Assembly (NCBI GenBank): GCA_963714275.1
Contig: CAVQNT010000003.1
Coordinates: 88,568 to 152,567 of the forward strand
Direction of reading: 5' to 3'
DNA length: 64,000 nt
Source of the DNA: Candidatus Bathyarchaeota archaeon
Lineage (GTDB): Archaea > Thermoproteota > Bathyarchaeia > Bathyarchaeales > DTEX01
A program made the translations under genes and the position numbers. Under the pieces are notes generated by a model that was given only the letters and a program-made list of their open reading frames with translations, made no database searches and was not told the DNA's origin. Positions 38,971 to 48,752 of this stretch are shown in pieces. Within the stretch, counting starts at the first letter, position 1, and each line of letters starts with the position of its first letter.

Positions 38971-40113
38971 GTGGCATGTATGTGCCACAGCGCGTGTTAC
39001 GATAAGATGGTTGAAGACTGGGAAAATAGTCTTTCTGAAAGCATAACTAGACCCCATCAAATCCTCGAAAAATTTTCGGTCGATACAAAAGCTCTAGGCA
39101 CCGTTGTCGCAAAATACCCAATGAAAATTTCTCGGTACTACTTTAACCTTATCCAAGAAGTGGGAGACCCAATCTGGAAACAGTGTGTCCCAAGTCCCTT
39201 TGAACTACAAGACCCGTGGGGAACCGAAGACCCTTTGAACGAAGAAGGCGACAGCCCAATATCAGGCTTGGTTCACCGCTACCCCGACAGAGTATTAATG
39301 TGTGTATCAAACAGCTGCGCAATGTTCTGCAGATTCTGCACAAGAAAAAGGAAGGTTGGACAATCCTACGTTAACCTCTCAAAAGATGTCCTTTCAGAGC
39401 AAATAAGGTATGTTCAGAGGACCCTTGGCGTTCGAGATGTTCTGTTGTCCGGTGGAGACCCGCTGATTCTGCCTGACGACAGGATTGAATTTCTGCTTAG
39501 GAATCTAAGAGCGATACCTCATGTTGAAGTTCTGAGAATCGGGACAAGGGCACCATGCACGCTTCCACAAAGGATAACGCCTCAACTGTGTAACATACTG
39601 AAGAAGTATCACCCATTGTACGTTAACATGCATTTTAATCACCCGCGGGAAATAACTGAAGAAAGCTCAAGAGCCTGCGGGCTCCTTGCTGACGCAGGAA
39701 TCCCACTTGGCAACCAATCTGTGCTGCTTAAAGGAATCAACGATGACTCCGAGACCATGAAGAGCCTTGTTCAAAAGCTTCTAAAAATCAGGGTTAAACC
39801 TTACTATCTCTTCCAGATGGACCTTGTTAAAGGCACCTACCACTTTAGGACAAGGGTGGAAACTGGACTCAAAATAATCGAAGACCTCACAGGATACACT
39901 TCAGGCTTCGCTGTTCCACGCTACGTGATAGACGCACCAGGCGGCGGAGGAAAAATTCCGATTCAGCCAAAGTACGTAGTAAGTATTGAAGAGAACCAAG
40001 TCATCATGAAAAACTATCAGGGAAAACAGTACGTTTACCCGCAGATTCCACAGGAAAAGAAGCCTTTGCAACAAATGGAGGGTCCTGTAGAGGTCTCTAG
40101 TGAAAGACGATGA
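38971..40113 (+). CDS. kamA: KamA-family radical SAM aminomutase (lysine 2,3-aminomutase type)
   Basis: CAMFCRFCTRKRKV (CxxxCxxC), LLSGGDPL, NHPREITEES, PLGNQSVLL. The Asp in QMDLVKG and the Asp in VIDAPGGGGK align by eye with the lysine-epsilon-amino-binding aspartates of clostridial LAM. Confidence 0.85.
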   Translation: MACMCHSACYDKMVEDWENSLSESITRPHQILEKFSVDTKALGTVVAKYPMKISRYYFNLIQEVGDPIWKQCVPSPFELQDPWGTEDPLNEEGDSPISGLVHRYPDRVLMCVSNSCAMFCRFCTRKRKVGQSYVNLSKDVLSEQIRYVQRTLGVRDVLLSGGDPLILPDDRIEFLLRNLRAIPHVEVLRIGTRAPCTLPQRITPQLCNILKKYHPLYVNMHFNHPREITEESSRACGLLADAGIPLGNQSVLLKGINDDSETMKSLVQKLLKIRVKPYYLFQMDLVKGTYHFRTRVETGLKIIEDLTGYTSGFAVPRYVIDAPGGGGKIPIQPKYVVSIEENQVIMKNYQGKQYVYPQIPQEKKPLQQMEGPVEVSSERR

Positions 40114-41165
40114 CGCTTAACGTCGGGTTAACTTACAACCTGAAAAAACCAGTTGACATGGTTGCGGGGCAACCGGAAGATTTCTACATCGAGTTTGACG
40201 ATGAAGTGACAGTGGACGCTATAGCAGAGGCTTTGGGGAAAGGCGGATGCGAAGTAATAAAAATTGAAGCAAACGAAGAAGTATACAGTAAACTCTTGAG
40301 CCTAAGACCCGACTTCGTCTTCAACATTGCTGAGGGAATACGAGGTGAAAGCAGAGAGTCACAGATTCCCGTAATGCTGGAGATGCTTGGGATACCATAC
40401 ACTGGTTCAGGACCGTTAACGCTAGCCATAGCATTAGACAAGGCTCTAACTCATCAGGTTCTAAGCGTTAACGGCGTTCCTTCCCCAAACTTTCAGGTGT
40501 TTTCGACGCCTAACCAGAAAAGGCAACGTAATCTTAAATTTCCGCTTGTTGTCAAGCCATTAGCTGAGGGCTCAAGCAAAGGGATCAGAAGCACCTCTCT
40601 CGTGAAAGACGAACAAAGCCTGCGGGAACAACTTTCATGGGTCATAAAGACCTATAAACAACCAGCCATAGTCGAAGAGTTCCTTCCTGGCAGAGAGTTC
40701 ACGGTTGGCTTAATTGGCAATGATGCCCCCTATGTCTTGCCCATAGTAGAAATCCTGCTTGAAAAACTGCCAAGTGGAGCCAGCCCAATATATTCTTACG
40801 AAGCAAAGTGGATCTGGGACGTGCCAGAAAAACCATTGGACATTTTTAATTGTCCAGCTGACATTCCTGACGAGCTCGAAAAGGAAATACGAAAGACAGC
40901 CATTAAAACTTTCAAAGTTCTTAATTGCCGAGACCTATGCCGCATGGATGTGAGACTCGACAAGAGTGACAAACCATGTATACTCGAAGTTAATCCTTTA
41001 CCTGGGTTAATACCTGATCCCGACGCGCATTCCTGTCTTCCTGAAGCTGCTGGTGAAGCAGGTTTAACTTATGAGCAACTTATTTGCACCGTTTTGTGGC
41101 AGGCTCTGAAAAGGTATAATCTTCAACACCTGTTTAATGACCGTTCGCTTGTATGCCTTTTATAA
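40110..41165 (+). CDS. ATP-grasp ligase, D-alanine--D-alanine ligase-like family
   Basis: PDFVFNIAEGIRGESRESQIPVMLEMLGIPYTGSGPL...DKALTHQVL...FPLVVKPLAEGSSKGI...VEEFLPGREFTV...CRMDVRLD...ILEVNPLPGL. It overlaps kamA by 4 nt. Confidence 0.8.
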   Translation: MTLNVGLTYNLKKPVDMVAGQPEDFYIEFDDEVTVDAIAEALGKGGCEVIKIEANEEVYSKLLSLRPDFVFNIAEGIRGESRESQIPVMLEMLGIPYTGSGPLTLAIALDKALTHQVLSVNGVPSPNFQVFSTPNQKRQRNLKFPLVVKPLAEGSSKGIRSTSLVKDEQSLREQLSWVIKTYKQPAIVEEFLPGREFTVGLIGNDAPYVLPIVEILLEKLPSGASPIYSYEAKWIWDVPEKPLDIFNCPADIPDELEKEIRKTAIKTFKVLNCRDLCRMDVRLDKSDKPCILEVNPLPGLIPDPDAHSCLPEAAGEAGLTYEQLICTVLWQALKRYNLQHLFNDRSLVCLL

Positions 41166-41178
41166 TTGAACTGTAAGG

Positions 41179-42210
41179 TTACTGGCTGCATTGCGATGCC
41201 CTATGCAAGGCAAAGTGGATTATTTTTTCGACGAACTGTTCATACGATAATCCAACAGCCTTCAAGGAACGCGAAAAACCTGCTTCCGGAGAAATGTCTG
41301 GGTTAGGGTTAACCTCTAAAATCCACGGCGAATTGTCTCTTAGGCGAATGTCGATTCTCGCATAGTCTCTGCAGTAAAGAACCTCAAATGCCTGTAACGC
41401 AATCCTTTCAACGTTATTTTTTACTGAAGGGTCAAGTAAAGCGGGGCACACGGGCTTGGTTTTTTTGTATTCATCGCTTTCCTTAAACCATTTTGCTGAA
41501 AAGCCCACTATTTTTGGTTCGTCCTTAAAATCGAACGTTATCTCAGAGATTGGCAACGCTCTTGGGTTTTCGTTGCCCAATATCGCAACGTTCAGTTCTC
41601 TTCCAGCAATGTACTCCTCAACCAAAGCAGGCTGCTTGTAGCGATTGGTTATGTATTCAACTTGAGCCTTAAGTTCGGCTTCGTTTCTAACATAGCTTTT
41701 GTTTGATATGCCAATGCTTGCGTCCTCCCTTAAAGGTTTTACAAATAGGGGAAACCCTATGTCGTCCTGCAAATTTTGAGGGTTTTCGAGAACCTTGAAT
41801 TTAGGTGTAGGCAACCCATTTGCTTCCAAAATTTTTTTAGTAAGCCCTTTATTTTGACACATTCCAAGTGCCAAAGGAGGTGAACCAGTGTAGGGTATGT
41901 TTAACAGCTCAAGCATTGATGGTACGTTCAACTCGTGGTGGCTGTTTCCAAAGGCACCTTCACAAAGGTTTATGACCACGTCAGGTCTGTAATTTTTTAA
42001 TGCCTTGATTAAAAGTTCGAGGTCAATTTCAAAAGGCAACATTTGGTATTCGAAGCCCAGTTTATCCAGGGCTTTTTGAACCGATTCTGCTTGTTCCTCA
42101 ACTTCAGCTTCAGCCACGTAGTCAGAATCTTCACCTCTTGGCGGTTCAGCTGGGCGGTTGAAAAGAATACCAACTTTAAGTTTTTTCTTTCGTTTATCGC
42201 TTGTGCTCAT
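41179..42210 (-). CDS. ATP-grasp ligase, D-alanine--D-alanine ligase-like family (paralogue, convergent)
   Basis: PDVVINLCEGAFGNSHHELNVPSMLELLNIPYTGSPPL...FPLFVKPLREDASIGI...VEEYIAGRELNV...ARIDIRL...ILEVNPNPDI. Confidence 0.8.
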   Translation of the reverse strand: MSTSDKRKKKLKVGILFNRPAEPPRGEDSDYVAEAEVEEQAESVQKALDKLGFEYQMLPFEIDLELLIKALKNYRPDVVINLCEGAFGNSHHELNVPSMLELLNIPYTGSPPLALGMCQNKGLTKKILEANGLPTPKFKVLENPQNLQDDIGFPLFVKPLREDASIGISNKSYVRNEAELKAQVEYITNRYKQPALVEEYIAGRELNVAILGNENPRALPISEITFDFKDEPKIVGFSAKWFKESDEYKKTKPVCPALLDPSVKNNVERIALQAFEVLYCRDYARIDIRLRDNSPWILEVNPNPDISPEAGFSRSLKAVGLSYEQFVEKIIHFALHRASQCSQ

Positions 42211-42371
42211 TCTCTTTTCATCCTAAATTACGAAGTAATGAATGTCTTAACATTTAACATTTAATTACTAAATTTATTGGACTTTCTTGAAGATAAGGAA
42301 AAACAAAACGTCAAGATAAAGCTTAAATAATTCCACTTTGGTCTCTTGTTTTATCCCTTTGGAGGGACGCT

Positions 42372-42923
42372 TTGAAACCTGAAATTATTAACGCAAAACA
42401 AACTAAACTTAAAGTTAAAGACATCAAAGCCATCGCTGAAATAGAGTGTCACGAAAAAGTTCGCGGCTGGCTCATTATACGCGTCGAGAACGACGTTGAA
42501 AGAGAGTACCTATCCTATAGAAGATTCTTTCGAAACTTGCCAAAAAACAGAAGAGCCGAAATCCTCGTAGCTAAACAAGATGACAGAGTCGCTGGATTCC
42601 TGGGATTATGGCGGTTGGGAGGATACATGGACCATGTTGCAGCCATAGGTGTCAGCGTTCACCCCGATTTTTGGGGAAAAAAAATCGCCACACACCTCAT
42701 GAAGGCAGCAATCAAACTTGCAAAAAAGAACGGACTTCTTAGGTTAGAAATTGAAACTCGTTCAGACAACACAGCAATGCGGCACGTGGCAGAGAAGTCA
42801 GGATTCAAACTTGAAAAGTTAAGGCGTAAACGAATTCGGAAGAACGGGTCCTTCTTTGACGAAGCCTCATATTACTTACTTATCGACAATGCGGTCCCAG
42901 GGAAACTAAGACGAAAGGAATAG
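42372..42923 (+). CDS. GNAT-family N-acetyltransferase
   Basis: VAGFLGLWRL...IGVSVHPDFWGKKIATHLMKAAIKLAKKNGLLRLEIETRSDNTAMRHVAEKSGFK. TTG start. Confidence 0.75.
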   Translation: MKPEIINAKQTKLKVKDIKAIAEIECHEKVRGWLIIRVENDVEREYLSYRRFFRNLPKNRRAEILVAKQDDRVAGFLGLWRLGGYMDHVAAIGVSVHPDFWGKKIATHLMKAAIKLAKKNGLLRLEIETRSDNTAMRHVAEKSGFKLEKLRRKRIRKNGSFFDEASYYLLIDNAVPGKLRRKE

Positions 42924-43068
42924 ATTTCGGAAACGATTATATTTATATGAAACCAGCAATTTCAATAGTGAATAATTGTTTGCTGGAGGAAAGGTGGTTC
43001 AAACGTTACCGCAACACCGTCATCGCCAAGTACTTTAGCCCATTTTGGGCCTCCCTCTAGTATGATTC

Positions 43069-45582
43069 ATGAATCTTCTTTCCCAACTCGAAAAAATTTA
43101 TTTAAACATCGTGACCGTTATGAAGACTGAAGACTCTCAGATGTTCAAGCCCAGTTTAGTCGTGAAGACTTGGGACCCCAAGATTGAACCAGTCTTGTTC
43201 CAGAAGTGGCAAGAAGAAGGAATTTTCAGGTTTGACGAGGTAAGTGAAAAACCAACCTTTAGCATTGACACCCCGCCTCCATACGTGAACACTCCCGTTC
43301 ACATCGGTCAAGCTTACACGTACACTTGGATGGACATTTTCGCAAGATACAAACGGATGACTGGACACAACGTGCTGTTTCCGATGGGGTTGGACAAGAA
43401 CGGCTTACCAGTAGAGGTTCAGACTGAAAAGATTTTTAGAATTTCCATGCATGAGACTCCCCGAGAAGAGTTCATCGAGAAATGCAGGAAAATACTTGGG
43501 GAAAGCGGAGACAAGTCTCTGGATACTTTCAAAAGGTTAGGTTTGAGCTGCAACTCTTGGTCTCTTGAACATAGGATCGGCGGCAGATACGAGACCGATG
43601 ACCCAGAATACAGGAGGCTCACGCAGCAGACTTTCATTGATTTCTGGAACAAGGGATTCATCTACGAAGACGAGAAGACAACAAACTATTGTCCAATCTG
43701 CGGAACCACAATTTCGGACGCCGAGGTTGAGTATGAAGAGAAAGAAACAGAACTGAATTACGTAAAGTTCAAGATTCAAGAAACTGGGCAAGATCTCGCC
43801 ATAGCGACAACGAGACCAGAGCTCCTGTGTTCGTGCCGAACCGTAATTTATAATCCAGACGATGAACGGTACAAAAACCTCGAAGGCAAACACGTTATAG
43901 TGCCCATTTACGGACACGCAGTCAAGATTCAACCTCACCCTTACGCTAAGACCGAGTTTGGTTCAGGATTAGTTATGATATGCAGTTTCGGCGACTACGG
44001 AGACGTCCGCATTCTGAGGGAAATGAACCTAGACCCAGTTTACGCAATAGACCCGAAGGGTAAAATGAACTCGAACGCGGGCAAATACAGTGGTCTATCA
44101 GTCCGAGAAGCAAAGAAACAAATCATTGAAGACTTGAAAACGCAAGGTTTGCTTTTGAAGACAGAGAAAATTGTGCAGAGGAGACCGATTTGTTGGAGGT
44201 CTAAGAATCCGATTGAGTTTGTTCCGATGAAAGAGATTTACCTGAAACAAGTTGAGTCGAAGGATGACCTTTTACGGATGGCTGACCAAATGGCTTTCTT
44301 TGCACCCGAAAGCAAGCAGATTCTCATCGACTGGATAAACTCGGTTGGCATAGACTGGGTCATCTCGAGGCGTCGTTACTACGGAACCGAAATTCCATTG
44401 TGGTATTGCGTGAACTGCGGATTCGTCTTTGTGCCACAGCCCGGAAGATATTTTCAGCCTTGGAGAGAGAAGCCTCCCATAGACGAATGCCCAAAATGCG
44501 GTTCAACCGAGTTCAGGGGCGAAGAAAGAACGTTCGACACGTGGTTCGATTCAGCCACGTCCGAAGCCTACATACTCGGATTCCTTTGGAACAAAGCGTT
44601 CTTTGAAAAAAACTTTCCGTGCAGCCTTCGCCCTCAGGGAAAAGAGATCGTCAGAAACTGGCTTTACTTCACAATGCTGAAGTCGCATCTGCTCTTCAAC
44701 AAAGCGCCCTTCCGTGACGCTTGGATACACATGCATGTCGTCGACGAAGAGGGCAGAAAAATCAGCAAAAGCGACCCCAAAACCTGGATTGACCCGCAGG
44801 AAGCCATCAACAGGTTTGGTTCCGAAGCCTTCCGAGTTTGGTCAGCCTTAGAGGGTAACATCACCAAAGGCGATATACGGTGTTCGTTTGAAAGGATTCG
44901 GGGGAATTCCAAGTTCCTAACAAAACTTTGGAACATTGCTAGGTACATCTCGTCATTCCCGCAAACATCAGAAGGTTACAGGCTAGCTGCATTGGACCTG
45001 ATGATTTTGGCAAAACTTAACGAACTCGTTGCTGAATGCGTCATAGGGTATGAGGATATGAATGCATTTACTGCAGCAACTGCCATTCGGACTTTCACGT
45101 GGAACCTTTTCGCGGACCATTATGTAGAGGCAGTGAAGTCTCGAGCCTACAACAGAGACGGAGTGTTCGATTCGGAACTTCAGAAAGGCGCATGGTTCAC
45201 TCTGCACAAATGCTTGGAAACAATCCTGAAATTGTTGGCTCCTACCTGTCCATTCATAACTGAGGCTTTATGGCTTGAACTCTATCAAAAAAAGAGCATC
45301 CACGTTCAGGATTTTCCTAAAGAGACCCCTGAATGGAAAAGTGAACTTGCAGAACTGTTTCCAGGACTTGTGGAATTCAATAATGCAGTCTGGCGTTACA
45401 AAAAAAGCCGAGGGCTAGCCCTAAGCGAGGAACTAGCAACATCCATTTATGCGCCATATAAGCTTGGACCCTTGAAAGAAGACCTTAAAGTCATGCATAA
45501 GATTCCGAACCTTGTCTTCGGAAAGCCTGAGAACCAAGAAATATTTGAAGAGTTGTCCGAAGGCATCTTCGTCGCGAAGTAA
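43069..45582 (+). CDS. valS: Valyl-tRNA synthetase (archaeal type)
   Basis: IDTPPPYVNTPVHIGQAY...RYKRMTG, ATTRPELL, GTEIPLWYC, and KISKS at 44758-44772. The true start is probably ATG at 43120 or 43141. Confidence 0.85.
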   Translation: MNLLSQLEKIYLNIVTVMKTEDSQMFKPSLVVKTWDPKIEPVLFQKWQEEGIFRFDEVSEKPTFSIDTPPPYVNTPVHIGQAYTYTWMDIFARYKRMTGHNVLFPMGLDKNGLPVEVQTEKIFRISMHETPREEFIEKCRKILGESGDKSLDTFKRLGLSCNSWSLEHRIGGRYETDDPEYRRLTQQTFIDFWNKGFIYEDEKTTNYCPICGTTISDAEVEYEEKETELNYVKFKIQETGQDLAIATTRPELLCSCRTVIYNPDDERYKNLEGKHVIVPIYGHAVKIQPHPYAKTEFGSGLVMICSFGDYGDVRILREMNLDPVYAIDPKGKMNSNAGKYSGLSVREAKKQIIEDLKTQGLLLKTEKIVQRRPICWRSKNPIEFVPMKEIYLKQVESKDDLLRMADQMAFFAPESKQILIDWINSVGIDWVISRRRYYGTEIPLWYCVNCGFVFVPQPGRYFQPWREKPPIDECPKCGSTEFRGEERTFDTWFDSATSEAYILGFLWNKAFFEKNFPCSLRPQGKEIVRNWLYFTMLKSHLLFNKAPFRDAWIHMHVVDEEGRKISKSDPKTWIDPQEAINRFGSEAFRVWSALEGNITKGDIRCSFERIRGNSKFLTKLWNIARYISSFPQTSEGYRLAALDLMILAKLNELVAECVIGYEDMNAFTAATAIRTFTWNLFADHYVEAVKSRAYNRDGVFDSELQKGAWFTLHKCLETILKLLAPTCPFITEALWLELYQKKSIHVQDFPKETPEWKSELAELFPGLVEFNNAVWRYKKSRGLALSEELATSIYAPYKLGPLKEDLKVMHKIPNLVFGKPENQEIFEELSEGIFVAK

Positions 45583-45608
45583 TCCGAATAAAACAATTTA
45601 ACTGAAAG

Positions 45609-46439
45609 CTAAGGTTCCATGAAACTAGTTAAGTCTGCCTGTTCATTGGGTTTACTAAAGAGGATTTTTTCGGCAAAGGCTATGCGCATTCCGTCCTTGG
45701 CAGCTTTCGTCGTTGTTCCAGTTGATTCCTGTATTAAGGATGCTTCGCCGTCCGGTCCCTTAATTATCATCAGCGTTCCAAGATGCGTCATTACAGCCAT
45801 CTCTGGGCGAACCTCGTTTATGATTTTTACCGCGTCATCAGTTGACATGTGTCCTTTCCACGGTTTACCTGACGGTCTCAGAACCGAGAGAATTAGGAGC
45901 CTTACTCCCTTGAGGGAGTCGCTGATTCCTTCATAATATTCCGAGTCAGGCATGTACGCAAAAGACCCAAAGTTTCCCGTCTCGAACCGGAACCCAACAG
46001 TCTCTGGGTCGGAATGCACAGCCTTGCAGACCTTAACGTTAACATTGCCTATGGTGAAGGTGCCTCCAGCTTTGGCTTCAATGATTCTTTCTGGAAGATT
46101 TAAGTGATAATGGGAGATTGCCTTGTCGCATATTTCGTTCCCGTAAAGGACGCTGTGAGAAGCAGCCAGAAAACCGTGCTTTCTGGTTCCTCCATCAGTC
46201 ATGGCTTCTATCAGAACCGCAGCGTCATTCGTGTGATCTATGTGGGAATGCGACACGATTATCCCGTCTAGTTTCTGTGGGTCGAGTCCTGCCTCCAAAG
46301 AATAGATCAGAGCTCCGGGACCGGGATCCAAGTGGACATTCAGTTCTTCTGAGAGTATGCGGATGCCGCCTGTTCGCAGCTTCTGCGTTATCGTTGCGAA
46401 CCGACCTCCGCCCGTGCCAAGAAAAATTATTTCAAGCAT
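45609..46439 (-). CDS. MBL-fold metallo-hydrolase
   Basis: FLGTGGG...VSHSHIDHTND (HxHxDH). Confidence 0.8.
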   Translation of the reverse strand: MLEIIFLGTGGGRFATITQKLRTGGIRILSEELNVHLDPGPGALIYSLEAGLDPQKLDGIIVSHSHIDHTNDAAVLIEAMTDGGTRKHGFLAASHSVLYGNEICDKAISHYHLNLPERIIEAKAGGTFTIGNVNVKVCKAVHSDPETVGFRFETGNFGSFAYMPDSEYYEGISDSLKGVRLLILSVLRPSGKPWKGHMSTDDAVKIINEVRPEMAVMTHLGTLMIIKGPDGEASLIQESTGTTTKAAKDGMRIAFAEKILFSKPNEQADLTSFMEP

Positions 46440-46599
46440 AGCAATCTTCGCCTTTGATGCAGCCTTAGTTTCTCACATACCTTTATGATGGACGTTTAAT
46501 AGTTAAACAAACCCATAAAGCAAGCGTTCTGAATTGCCACTTGCGGAAAGAGTATGATATTTATACTCAGAAAATCAGAAAGATTGTCTGGTGCAATTC

Positions 46600-47274
46600 A
46601 TGAGAGTCGTCATACGGATTGGCGGTTCAGTTGTCGCTTCGCCGCCAAACCCCCAGCTTATACAGAAATATGCTGAGGTTATCAATCGCTTAAGGGCGCA
46701 AGGTCACGAATTGGTCATAATCGTCGGCGGAGGCGCCCCTGCCAGACAATACATTCAACATGCAAAAGACGTGGGACTGACGGAACAAGAACAGGACGAG
46801 GTCGCAATAACGGTTTCCAGATTGTTCGCCCAATTGTTAGCAATGAAACTGGGAGGTCTAGAATGGAAAAATGTTCCGACGTCGTTAGAGGATGCTCAAG
46901 AGCTGCTTTCAGAAAGGGGAATTGTTGTGATGGGAGGACTAAAGCCCGGTATGACGACTGACACAGTTGCTGCAATGGTTGCCTCGCAGGTGGGCGCTGA
47001 TTTTATTGTTAAATCCACTGATCAAGATGGTGTTTATACAAAGGACCCGAAAAAACACGCTGACGCCCGTAAAATCGACACATTAGGCTTTGATGAATTG
47101 AGTCAGCTCATGGAGCAAGACAGGCACAAAGCGGGAATTCATCAGATAATTGACCCAGAGGCTGTTCGTTTACTTAAAGCGAAACACATAAAGACCTTTG
47201 TCGTCAATGGAGCAAACCCCGACAATCTGATTGCCGTATTGGAGGGCAAAAAAGTCGGGACAACGATCCAATGA
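46600..47274 (+). CDS. pyrH: Uridylate (UMP) kinase, archaeal type
   Basis: MRVVIRIGGSVV...LVIIVGGGAPAR...VVMGGLKPGMTTDTVAA...DGVYTKDPKK. Confidence 0.9.
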   Translation: MRVVIRIGGSVVASPPNPQLIQKYAEVINRLRAQGHELVIIVGGGAPARQYIQHAKDVGLTEQEQDEVAITVSRLFAQLLAMKLGGLEWKNVPTSLEDAQELLSERGIVVMGGLKPGMTTDTVAAMVASQVGADFIVKSTDQDGVYTKDPKKHADARKIDTLGFDELSQLMEQDRHKAGIHQIIDPEAVRLLKAKHIKTFVVNGANPDNLIAVLEGKKVGTTIQ

Positions 47275-47314
47275 TGGATTTGTTTTATTGTTTAAATTTT
47301 TTAAGCTATCATGT

Positions 47315-48652
47315 TTAGGTATGAACTTTTTCAACCTCTCCTTGAAGCACCTTTAAAGCTAAATTGAACGTTTTTTTGGCTAAGTTTGAGATTTGGCTGT
47401 TGTTGTAGCCGACAACGTAGCTTTCCACCCGGTTGTTTAGTGGATCAATCCATTTTTCTGGCAATTTTTTCGCTCCTAACATGACACCGAGGATTGACCC
47501 TGTGGTTGCGCCGTTGCAATCTGTGTCCCATCCGCCCATGACGCTGATGGCTATGCTTTTTTCGTAGTCTCCTTTCCCGTGCAGCAGCCCCAAGAGGACA
47601 AGTGCAGCGTTGTTTATCGTGTGAACTCCGTGGTAGTGACCGTATTTTGCGTTGATTTGTTGCCAAGTGTCTCTCCAGTCATTATTTTTTTTGCTCCAAG
47701 CAACCACGTTCTTCATGGCTTCAGCGAGTCTAGATTTCATTGGTATTTCTGAAAGCCCAATGTCGATTACTTCTTCGATGCTACTGGTTGTGAACGCTGC
47801 GCTGATCATGGCGCTCACGAACATTTCGCCGTAAATCCCGTTTTTCACGTGAGACAAGCTGGCGTCTCTGTATGCAAGTTCAGCTCCCAGTTCAGGCATT
47901 CCGGGCGTCACGTAACCAAACATGTCTGCTCGAATTTGAGCACCAATCCATTCGCGGTACGGGTTCACGTAAGAGGCTGTTTCTGGCGGAACAAACCCGT
48001 TAACGAGGTTTCTGTAGGCTACTCGCTCAGCAGTGTAGACTTTATTGTATGGGAGGTTTTCAAGCCAGTTGTTTCCCACATCCATTGCTGAAAAGTTGAA
48101 TCCTTTGGTTTCGAGAAGGTGAAGGTTAATTATCGGATAATCTATGTCGTCGTCACGCGACATGTGGGTAATGTGCCCCGACAATACTTCCATCCATGAA
48201 GCTCGACGTTTCAGCCAGTCTGGAACAGCCTTAGTTTCTGGTAGATGCGGAAAATAGTCGTTAAGCGGATATGCGTCTGCAAGTTTCAGCCACTCCTCAA
48301 TCTTTTCTTTATGTAAACCTTCAACTGGTTTCCCGAGAAGACAACCAGCGCATCGCCCCAACCACCCACCGTAAATCTTGTCAAAAATCTGTTCTTCAGA
48401 AAGTTTGAGGCCTATTTTTCTTGGACCTTTCGGGCGTTCATCTCTTATTCCTTCAAGGTCTGAGGGTTCAGCGTAAGGAAAATCGGTTCTTGGGGAGAGT
48501 TTAGAGACATTTTTTAATACAGCTTCGAGTTTGGATTGATTTTTTCCTGTAATGTTTTCTAACACTTTTCTGGCTTCTGCGACGTCGCAGCCTTCTTCTT
48601 CTCTCTGGGTGATCTCTTCTTTAACTAGTCCTTCGAGTTCTTCGTACCTCAT
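47315..48652 (-). CDS. ADP-ribosylglycohydrolase-family protein
   Basis: GGWLGRCAGCLLGKPVEG...SVMGGWDTDCNGATTGSILG, 445 aa, with an N-terminal extension of about 90 aa. Confidence 0.8.
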   Translation of the reverse strand: MRYEELEGLVKEEITQREEEGCDVAEARKVLENITGKNQSKLEAVLKNVSKLSPRTDFPYAEPSDLEGIRDERPKGPRKIGLKLSEEQIFDKIYGGWLGRCAGCLLGKPVEGLHKEKIEEWLKLADAYPLNDYFPHLPETKAVPDWLKRRASWMEVLSGHITHMSRDDDIDYPIINLHLLETKGFNFSAMDVGNNWLENLPYNKVYTAERVAYRNLVNGFVPPETASYVNPYREWIGAQIRADMFGYVTPGMPELGAELAYRDASLSHVKNGIYGEMFVSAMISAAFTTSSIEEVIDIGLSEIPMKSRLAEAMKNVVAWSKKNNDWRDTWQQINAKYGHYHGVHTINNAALVLLGLLHGKGDYEKSIAISVMGGWDTDCNGATTGSILGVMLGAKKLPEKWIDPLNNRVESYVVGYNNSQISNLAKKTFNLALKVLQGEVEKVHT

Positions 48653-48752
48653 TGCGGACTCCTCAATATCCTATGTTAGGGGATTGAGGAAATAAATCTT
48701 GGCGGAAACAATTAAAACTTAATATAACATAATTCAGAATGGTGCAAAGAGA

